DNA from: Paramoeba atlantica
Taxonomy: Eukaryota; Protista; Discosea
DNA: 13,222 bases
Assembly: GCA_977017575.1 (NCBI GenBank)
Contig: CDRNVI010000121.1
Span: forward strand, 1 to 13,222
Direction of reading: 5' to 3'
Below, one piece after another: positions 1 to 7,239 of this stretch. The notes under the pieces were generated by a model. It saw only the letters and a program-made list of their open reading frames with translations, was not told the origin of the DNA and did not search any database. Position numbers and translations under genes: made by a program. Numbering within the stretch: the stretch's first letter is position 1; the number at the start of each line of letters is the position of its first letter.

Positions 1-175
1 AATAACAGAACGCGGCGGCGCTTTTTGCCGAATTTGCATACCCCATCGTTTTTGGGTGGATAGCGAAAAACGCTTTGTGAAATTGTTGGTAAGTGCCAAA
101 GGTATGCGCTTAATTGATAAGCTTGGCATCGATACGGTGCTAACCAAGTTACGCGCCAAGGGTCAAAAGATATAG
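1..175 (+). CDS. rpmB: 50S ribosomal protein L28, 5'-partial, one +1 frameshift (extra C in CCCC at 41-44)
   Basis: Manual translation: [14 protein letters not shown] then, after removing one [47 protein letters not shown](173-175); typical proteobacterial L28. Not in the ORF track. Confidence 0.95.
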   Translation, partial: ITERGGAFCRICIPHRFWVDSEKRFVKLLVSAKGMRLIDKLGIDTVLTKLRAKGQKI

Positions 176-190
176 GATTAAAGAACAAGT

Positions 191-374
191 ATGGCAAGTA
201 TCAAAGTTAAAATGGTTTCTACTGCTGAAATCACCAAAACGGTAAAACTCGTAAAACAGGTTACTACCGCACCGACAAAAGTCAATCCACGTGCAGAAAA
301 AAAGCTGGAAAAAATGATGTACGATCCTGGTCGTACGCAAGCGTGCTGTATTCAAGCAAGGAAAAATCAAGTAA
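191..374 (+). CDS. rpmG: 50S ribosomal protein L33 (zinc-free type), three apparent indels
   Basis: Reconstructed MASIKVKMVSTAEITKNGKTRKTGYYRT(D/T)KVNPRAEKKLEKMMYDPVVRKRAVFKQGKIK-TAA(372-374), needing -1 (~235-238), +1 (~272-280) and +1 (~329). Directly follows rpmB as in the rpmB-rpmG operon. Confidence 0.9.
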
Positions 375-400
375 CGCACCACAGCATCTCTCCTCCGAAT

Positions 401-446
401 CCGTCATCAACTAGGTGGGCGCAACATAGTTGATGACGGGCTTTAT
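401..446 (+). terminator. Probable intrinsic terminator of rpmB-rpmG
   Basis: Perfect 13-bp inverted repeat CCGTCATCAACTA (401-413) / TAGTTGATGACGG (427-439), 13-nt loop, followed by GCTTTAT; U-tract is short. Confidence 0.6.
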
Positions 447-510
447 CTCGCATGTTAATTTACAAGTAATCGATCTATTCTTTGCCCCCCTTTTATGAAT
501 ACCGTTATGG

Positions 511-516
511 GGAGGT
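511..516 (+). promoter_or_regulatory. Shine-Dalgarno site for mutM
   Basis: GGAGGT ending 4 nt before ATG 521, supporting 521 rather than the TTG at 482 as start. Confidence 0.75.
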
Positions 517-520
517 ATGT

Positions 521-1349
521 ATGCCTGAATTGCCTGAAGTGGAAATCACTCGTCGTGGTATTGCGCCATTGATCCGTGGCAAAACCATTACTGATGTCAT
601 TATCCGTCAATCACGATTGCGTTGGCCGATCCCGACCGATTTATCAGACCAACTCATTGGGGCCACTTGGCAAGCCGTTGAGCGTCGTGCCAAATATTTA
701 TTGCTCAGCACGCAACGTGGCACGCTGATTATTCATTTGGGGATGTCTGGTTGTTTAAGAGTACTTGGCGTAGACATTCCAGCAAAGAAACATGATCATG
801 TGGACATTGTGTTAAATAATGAAATGATCATGCGTTACCACGATCCAAGACGTTTTGGTACCTTATTATGGACCACTCAATCACCTGCGCAGCATCCATT
901 ATTACGTGATTTAGGTGTTGAACCGTTATCACGACAATTTACTGCAAAATATTTTATATACTATTGCAAAAGTACGGCAGAAGGCGACAAAATCATTCAT
1001 TATGGATAATCGAATAGTCGTTGGTGTTGGGAAACATTTATGCAACAGAGGCCTTATTTGCCAGTGGCTTACACCCAAATCGTCGCGCAGCAACATTGAG
1101 TTTGGCTGAATGTCACCAGCTGGTAATGAATATCAAAATCAATTTTGCGTGCGGCTATTCGTCAAGGCGGTACTACCTTAAAAGATTTTTGCGGTGCTGA
1201 TGGCAAAACCGGGTTATTTCTCACAGACACTGCAAGTCTATGGCCAACAAGGAAAGTTATGTCCATGTTGTGATGCAGTCATCCAAGCAATAACAATTGG
1301 TCAACGTACCAGTGCGTTTTGTCCAAGTTGCCAGCCTATAACAAAGTAG
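521..1349 (+). CDS. mutM: Formamidopyrimidine-DNA glycosylase (Fpg/MutM), four +1 homopolymer frameshifts
   Basis: MPELPEVE start, [39 protein letters not shown], zinc finger CPCC...FCPSCQ, TAG 1347-1349. Removing one base at ~951-954, ~1032-1034, ~1135-1138 and ~1205-1208 gives a continuous 274-aa protein. Confidence 0.95.
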
Positions 1350-1363
1350 TAATCTGTGTATTA

Positions 1364-1387
1364 CATTAACATATAGTTATGTTAGTG
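1364..1387. terminator. Hairpin between convergent mutM and ggt; possible bidirectional terminator
   Basis: CATTAACATA-TAGT-TATGTTAGTG, 10-bp stem with one G:T pair; AT-rich, so weak. Confidence 0.4.
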
Positions 1388-1391
1388 ATGT

Positions 1392-1727
1392 CTATTTCTT
1401 TGTTGGCAATGTTGCTACACTCGCTTTACCATAGCGTCTTGGATCGGCTGCGGCATATAATTGATTACGTTTACGATCCCATAAGATAGCTTGCATGTTG
1501 CCATACGGTGCAATCGGTTTTAAGTGATACCCCATTTTTTTCCAGTTTTGCTACGTGGTTGCTCCCCACATGCCTTGTTCATATTCAACAATGTCTGGTA
1601 AAAATTGTTGATGGAAACGTTTGCGTGCTACCCAATGTTTTGGTAAATGGCCATCGGCCATGTCTAAGATAGCTAGTAACACCATGCTAATAATACGACT
1701 ACCACCTGGTGTGCCTATGTTAAAAGG
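1392..1727 (-). CDS. ggt: Gamma-glutamyltransferase, C-terminal fragment only (cut at the junction)
   Basis: Minus strand: IGTPGGSRIISMVL...RFHQQFLPDIVEYE...(L)EKMGYHLKPIAPYGNMQAILWD...AAADPRRYG...KK-TAG. The GTPGGSRII, RFHxQxLPD and ADPR motifs match the GGT small subunit. An internal TAG at 1551-1553 is best explained by compensating indels. Confidence 0.88.
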
Positions 1728-1735
1728 TACCTTTT
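1722..1735. other. Bacterium/mitochondrion junction within a perfect 14-bp palindrome
   Basis: AAAAGGTACCTTTT is its own reverse complement. Left of it reads as ggt on -, and GTACCTTTTGCATAATGG to the right is conserved LSU rRNA sequence. Confidence 0.85.
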
Positions 1736-2209
1736 GCATAATGGGGTCAGTGGAGTTAATTATTGTAGCAAAATAAAAAAATTATTAAATTTTTTTAATT
1801 GTAATTAATATATTTATAGTTATAATAATTAGACCCGAAACCAAGTGATCTAGTCATGGGCAGATTGAAGTTAATTAAATATTAATGGAGGATCGAACCC
1901 GTTTATGTTGCAATATATTGGGATGACCTATGATTAGGGGTGAAAGGCTAATCAAACTTGGAGATAGCTGGTTTTCTACGAAATCTATTTAAGTAGAGAT
2001 GAAATTTAAATTTATATAAGGTAGAGCTACCATATTGGGTTGTTGAATCCATATGAACTTCAAATAAATATAAAGTAAAAATTTTAATTTCGATATATGG
2101 CGAAAAGGTTGTATATCAAGAGGGAAAGAGCCCAGATTATAAATTAAGGTTTCTAAATTAATATTAAGTTAAAAAGTATATTATAATATTAACAATGAAT
2201 AGGAGGTAG

Positions 2210-2243
<34 letters not shown>

Positions 2244-3988
2244 CAGCTCACTATTGATAGATATTTATATACAAAAATATAACGAAAATAAATATTATAC
2301 CGAAATTATAAAATATTATTTAAAATAATAATATTGGTAGTAGAACGTTTTATAAAAGAAAAAAAAAATTGTTAAATTATAAAATTAAAATTGAATATAC
2401 TGGCATAAGTAGCAAAAATAATGTTATAAACATTATCATCTAAAAATCTAAGGTTTCTAATGTCAAGATAAACTGCATTAGGTTAATCGGTCCCTAAAAT
2501 GAATATGATAGTAATAATTGAAGGGTAGTTAAAGAGTTATAAGGATAACATAATATTTTTAACGTTATTAGTAGATGACAGTTTATTTTTTAAATATTTT
2601 AGGATCAAATTTTAATAAATATAGTAAAACATTGTGTGATATATTCGAATATATTGATTGAAATATTTAAAAAATAAATTCAAGAAAGAATACTAATATA
2701 TAAAACCGTACTAAATCCTACACAGGAGGATTAGTAGAGAATACTAAGATGAATAATTGAATAATATCGAAGGAACTCGGCAAATTAACTCTGTAACTTC
2801 GGGAGAAAGAGTATTTTTATATATACATTATATGTATATAAAAATGTAACAGAATAGAGGATGGCGACTGTTTAACAAAAACACAGGACTTTGCAAAATT
2901 AATTAATGATGTATAAGGTCTGACACCTGCCCGGTGCTATAAAGGTAATTGTTATTGTTAATATATTATTTAATGTATTAGCTTTATATAGAATGAATAG
3001 TAAACGGCAGCTGTAAATATAACGGTTCGAAGGTAGCGAAATTCCTTGTCGAGTAAGTTTCGACCTTGCATGAATGGTGTAACGACTATCCTACTGTCTC
3101 CGGTATTATATTAGCGAAATTGAATTCTCTGTGCAGATGCAGCGTATTAATAGCTAGACGGAAAGACCCTATGCACCTTTACTGCAGTTATATTTTGTTA
3201 TTAAAAATTAAATTTATAGGATACAAACTAATCGTTTTAAAATTTTAATATTAGTTAATTGTTTAGATAATCTTGGAATAGTTTGAATTTAATTTTTAAA
3301 ACTTAATAATTTTTTATTGACAGAATATATTTGGTAGTTTCTCTGGGGCGGAGACCTCATAAAATGTAACTGAGGTGTACAAAGGTAATTAAAATTTTAT
3401 TAGAAAATTTTGGCGTGTAATGGCTAAAAATTACTTAACTGTGAGATTTACAAATCAAACAGAGATCTTTTTTATTAAAAAGGTCGGTCATAGTGATCCA
3501 ATATAATTGAATGGAAAATATATTGCTCAACGGATAAAAGGTACGCTAGGGATAACAGGCTTATGACTCCGGAGAGAAGATATCGACGGGGTTGTTTGGC
3601 ACCTCGATGTCGATTGGTCACATCCTGGTTAAGAAAAATGTTCCAAGGGTAAGGCTGTTCGCCTTTTAAAGTGGCACCTGAATTGGGTTCAGAACGTCGT
3701 GAGACAGTTCGGTTCCTATCTACTATTAATTAATTAAAATTGAAGGAATCTTATCTTAGTACGAAAGGACTGGAGAAGGAATATCACTGGTAAATCGGTT
3801 GTAATTATAATTGCATAGTCGAGTAGCTAAATATTAATAATATAATTATTGAATTCAATCAGATATAAGAAGATTATCCTAAAATATTTTAAAAGTATTG
3901 ATTGTAAAAGATTATTACGAAATTAAGTTATGTGTGTAAGTCCTGTGAAGGATTGAGCTAAATAATTTTAAGAATCAATCTAATTTAT
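1727..3988 (+). rRNA. rnl: Mitochondrial large subunit rRNA, 5'-truncated (begins near E. coli 23S position ~560); 3' end approximate
   Basis: Conserved blocks in order: GTACCTTTTGCATAATGG, GACCCGAAACCAAGTGATCTA, GGAACTCGGCAAA, GGTAGCGAAATTCCTTGTC, GACGGAAAGACCC, GGATAACAGGCT, CACCTCGATGTCG, GAGACAGTTCGGTTCCTATC, AGTACGAAAGGAC. AT-rich variable regions; no intron-sized gap seen. Confidence 0.95.
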
Positions 3989-4040
3989 AAAAAGAAAAAA
4001 GAAAAAAGAAAAAAAATTTCTATATAAGAAAAAATAAAAT

Positions 4041-4099
4041 ATATAATATTTTGAAAATATTATATGTAATAAAACAACAAACTTTAAATTAAAGTTTGT
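4041..4099. repeat. Two adjacent AT-rich inverted repeats in the rnl-trnN spacer
   Basis: ATATAATATTTT-G-AAAATATTATAT (4041-4065) and ACAAACTTTA-AAT-TAAAGTTTGT (4077-4099). Confidence 0.6.
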
Positions 4100-4113
4100 A
4101 ATTTGTAAAACAA

Positions 4114-4186
4114 TACTTGGTAGTTTCAATGGTAAAATAATTGGCTGTTAACCAATCAGATGTAGGTTCGAATCCTGCCCAGGTCG
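4114..4186 (+). tRNA. trnN: tRNA-Asn(GTT); 1:72 T-C mismatch
   Basis: Cloverleaf: acceptor TACTTGG/CCAGGTC, D stem GTTT/AAAT, anticodon arm ATTGG-CTGTTAA-CCAAT, T arm GTAGG-TTCGAAT-CCTGC. Confidence 0.95.
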
Positions 4187-4200
4187 TTGTATAAAAATAA

Positions 4201-4289
4201 GTTTATGTGGCTGAGTGGTTTAAAGTAATCCTCTTGAAAAGGATCGTATAATTTTAATTATACCGTGGGTTCGAATCCCACCATAATCT
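4201..4289 (+). tRNA. trnS: tRNA-Ser(TGA), long variable arm; 2:71 T-T mismatch
   Basis: Acceptor GTTTATG/CATAATC, anticodon arm ATCCT-CTTGAAA-AGGAT, variable arm GTATAATT/AATTATAC, T arm GTGGG-TTCGAAT-CCCAC. Confidence 0.95.
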
Positions 4290-4352
4290 TAATATAAAAA
4301 AAAAGGAAAAAATTTATGTAAATTATATAATATATAATATATTATATATAAA

Positions 4353-5885
4353 TACTTGTATGTTTTATTCTGGCTTTGAGTAAATGCTAGTAGTTCGCTT
4401 AACACATGCTAGTCAATTAAAATTTAAAATTTAAAATTAATGGCGTAAGGGTGAGTAATATATAAAAACGGGACTTATAATTATGTTTATATTATAAACT
4501 GGTTTATAAAGATTTAGGTAGTTGGAGGTGTAATAGACTAACAAGCCGATAATTCTTAGTTGATCTTAGAAGGAGGTACAACCACATTGGGAATGAGAAA
4601 AGGCCCAAGTTCCATTAGGAGGCAGCAGTGAGGAATATTGAACAATGAGCGAAAGCTTGATTCAGCGAAACTACCTGAATTATGACAATTTATTGAAAAA
4701 TTCTTGTTTAAGTGAGCATAATGAGGTTAAACTTAAGAATAAGCATCGACTAACTTCGTGCCAGCAGTCGCGGTGATACGGAGGATGCGGGTGTTACTCA
4801 GCATTACTGGGCGTAAAGCGTATGATAAGTGGTTTATTTTTTAATAATATAATTTTAAAGGCGTTATTAGTAATAATGAATAAATTATATATTAGTAAAC
4901 TAAGAGTATTATTCAGATATATAGTATTCATAGAGGAAAGGTGAAATTTTATGATACTATGGAGACTATCAGAAGGTGAAAGCTATATATTAGATTTATA
5001 CTGACACTAAAGTACGAAGGTATGGGTATCAAAGAGGATTAGAGACCCTTGTAGTCCATACAGACAACGATGGATGCTAACTGTAGGAAATATTTTTGTG
5101 GTTTAGCTAACGCGTAAGCATCCCGCCTGGGGAGTATGATCGCAAGATTTGAACTCAAAGAAAGTGGCTGAGATTTGGTACGAACGGTGGAACATGTGGT
5201 TTAATCTGATATAACGCATAAAATCTTACCAATTCTAGATTGAAAAAAATTATAATAAATATAGTAAACTTTATATAATTTTTTTAAGCAGGTGTCGCAT
5301 GGCTGTCGTCAGCTCGTGTAGTGATATGTATGGTTAGGTCCTGTAACGAGTGTAATCCTTACAATATAATAAAATATATGATATATTATTATATTATTAT
5401 ATGTTATATTATTATATGTTATATTATTATATTTTATTATATTGTATTATTAATTATATATTAAATGAAATAGAGGAGGACGTCAAGTAGGTATGGCCCT
5501 GATGAATTGGGCTACACACGTGTTACAAAAATAATTACAAAAAAAAAATAAATTGTGAAATTTATTTAAATTATAAAGATTATTATAGTTCGGATTATTT
5601 TTTGAAAATAAAAATATGAAGTTGAAATCGTCAGTAATCGAAAATTAGAATGTTTCGGTGAAATGGGATCCAAATCTAGTACACACTGCCCGTCACGCCA
5701 AGAAAGTTGTTAATATTGGAAAAATTATAATTAATAATTTATATTTATTAATTATTTTTAATCTATTGGAGATAATTAATTTTTAATAAAATATTATTAA
5801 TTATTTAATTTGAATGTATTGATAGTAATCAGGGTGAAGTCGTAACATGGTAGTGGTAGGGGAACCTGCCGCTGGATGGAAAATA
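4353..5885 (+). rRNA. rns: Mitochondrial small subunit rRNA (ends approximate); no anti-Shine-Dalgarno tail
   Basis: TAACACATGC, GGAGGCAGCAG, GTGCCAGCAGTCGCGG, ATTAGAGACCC, GCATGGCTGTCGTCAGCTCGTG, GTACACACTGCCCGTCA, GAAGTCGTAACATGGTA in expected order and spacing; ends GCTGGATGGAAAAT without CCTCC. Confidence 0.96.
5391..5435 (+). repeat. 15-bp tandem repeat inside an rns variable region
   Basis: ATATTATTATATGTT x2 (5391-5420) plus ATATTATTATATTTT (5421-5435), within a wider TAT-rich tract. Confidence 0.6.
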
Positions 5886-5990
5886 AATTTATATTTTTTT
5901 AAAGGTAAGCTTATCGAACCCCTTTAAAATATTATATATTAAATTATATTCTCGTAAAAATTTTTTATAAGAGTGTATAATTTATATTAA
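5883..5990 (+). ncRNA. Candidate highly divergent mitochondrial 5S rRNA
   Basis: 9-bp stem TTTTAAAGG/CCTTTAAAA around a 15-nt loop containing TCGAAC (5S loop C-like), then a second hairpin CTC-GTAAAA/TTTTAT-AA-GAG; about 105 nt directly after rns. Helix I/II assignment is ambiguous. Confidence 0.4.
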
Positions 5991-6006
5991 TACAAATCAT
6001 ATTTTA

Positions 6007-6095
6007 GGTGAGTTGACCGAGTGGTTGAAGGTGTCGATCTGCTAAATCGATATATTATTCATATAATATCATGGGTTCGAATCCCATACTTACCT
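6007..6095 (+). tRNA. trnS: tRNA-Ser(GCT), long variable arm, fully paired acceptor stem
   Basis: Acceptor GGTGAGT/ACTTACC, anticodon arm TCGAT-CTGCTAA-ATCGA, T arm ATGGG-TTCGAAT-CCCAT. Confidence 0.96.
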
Positions 6096-6128
6096 TATAA
6101 AAAAATAATTTGTAATTAAAAAAAGTTT

Positions 6129-6201
6129 TTGGGGGTAGCTCAGTAGGTAGAGCGAAAGCCTGAAAAGCTTTAGGTCATTGGTTCAAACCCAATTCTCCAC
6201 A
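6129..6201 (+). tRNA. trnF: tRNA-Phe(GAA); 1:72 T-C mismatch
   Basis: Acceptor TTGGGGG/TCTCCAC, D stem GCTC/GAGC, anticodon arm AAAGC-CTGAAAA-GCTTT, T arm ATTGG-TTCAAAC-CCAAT. Confidence 0.95.
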
Positions 6202-6318
6202 TAAAACTTATATTAAATTTAATTATATATGGAATCATTAAAAAGAAAAAGAAAGAAAATTAAAAAAATAGAAAAAGTTTAAAAAAATAGAAAAATTAAG
6301 GAAAGAAATAATACAAAT

Positions 6319-6900
6319 ATGTTTGAAAAAAAAGAAAGTTTAATAAAAAATAGAAAAATTAAATTAATAAAAATTAATAGATTTAAATTACCTTCAGTTA
6401 CTTGATTATATAAAAAAAGGTTTAATATAAAATTAAAAAGCAAGTATATATATGCAGCAAAATTATCTTTTTTTAAAAAAAGATATTTATTTATTAATAT
6501 ACTAAAAAATTTTTTAAAGGGTTCAAAATTAGATTGGTTATCTTTGAAATTTTGTACTATTAATTTAATATTAAAATTTAGAAAAAATACTTATTTAAAT
6601 TTTTCGCATATTAATGGTAATGTAATAAAAAATTTTTCATGTGGTTTTTATTATAAAAAATCATTAAAAAAAACATATTTTGCTTTAAATTCATTAATTG
6701 TAGCTTCAAAAATTGATTTTAAATATTTATATATGAAAAAATGATTCATATTAAATATAATTTATAAATATTATACTCGTAAAATTTTGAGAAATTTAAA
6801 AGAATTATTTGAGACTACACCTTATAATTTAAAATTTATTAATTTTATAAAATCAAAAGCTCATAATGGTATAAGAAAGAAAAAGAGAAGAAGAAAATAA
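6319..6900 (+). CDS. rps11: Mitochondrial ribosomal protein S11, divergent, N-terminally extended (193 aa, code 4)
   Basis: Open from ATG 6319 to TAA 6898-6900 with TGA=Trp. C-terminus KAHNGIRKKKRRRK matches the S11 HNGxRxxKxRR motif; NTYLNFSHINGNVIKNFSCG matches the NTxxxxTDxxGNxxxxxSxG region. Confidence 0.8.
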
Positions 6901-6903
6901 TAA

Positions 6904-7227
6904 ATGAAAAAGAAAAAAATTATAAATTATTTAGATAATTCTTTTTTAAGTTTATTATCTATAGAATATAAAAAAAAATTAAATAATAATATATCTATTG
7001 AATTAAAGTATTTTTATTGATTATATAAGAATGTATATATACGTAATATTAAAGGATTAATTATAAATTTTAATAAAAAACAATATTTAAATATGGAAAG
7101 TTTTTTATTATATTATAGGTATAAAAATATACGATTAAATCAATTATATTTTGTTACTTCACCTTTTAATCTATTTTTAAAATATAAAATTAGTAATATT
7201 AAAAAATATAAATTATATATATTATAA
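6904..7227 (+). CDS. orf107, unidentified K/N/I/Y-rich protein (very weak S10 resemblance)
   Basis: ATG 6904 to TAA 7225-7227, open only with TGA=Trp (7018-7020); fills the rps11-nad9 gap with 3- and 12-nt spacers. Not in the ORF track. Confidence 0.65.
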
Positions 7228-7239
7228 ATAAAAAAAAAT

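Noticed and set aside
149-382. 77-aa minus-strand ORF in the track
   Set aside because: Antisense shadow of rpmB/rpmG; no recognisable motif.
191-433. 80-aa ORF as a novel small protein
   Set aside because: It is frameshifted rpmG running past its real stop (372-374) into the terminator hairpin.
482-520. TTG start at 482 extending MutM
   Set aside because: Fpg needs an N-terminal Pro2 after Met removal; ATG 521 gives MPELPEVE and has an SD site.
915-1109. Separate 64-aa gene overlapping mutM
   Set aside because: It is the second reading-frame segment of frameshifted mutM.
951-1208. Programmed frameshifting or phase variation in mutM, rpmB and rpmG
   Set aside because: Indels hit every gene including ribosomal proteins, at short runs without slippery-site or stimulator structure; sequencing error is more parsimonious.
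1727-1800. Naturally fragmented rnl starting here
   Set aside because: The start falls in a conserved block and abuts foreign ggt sequence, so truncation by the junction explains it.
3066-3248. 60-aa ORF inside rnl as a homing endonuclease or intron ORF
   Set aside because: Lies over conserved LSU rRNA sequence that is colinear with no insertion; no LAGLIDADG or GIY-YIG motif.
4322-4351. 18-bp palindrome TATATAATATATTATATA (4331-4348) upstream of rns as promoter or origin
   Set aside because: Pure A/T low-complexity sequence in an AT-rich genome; no independent support.
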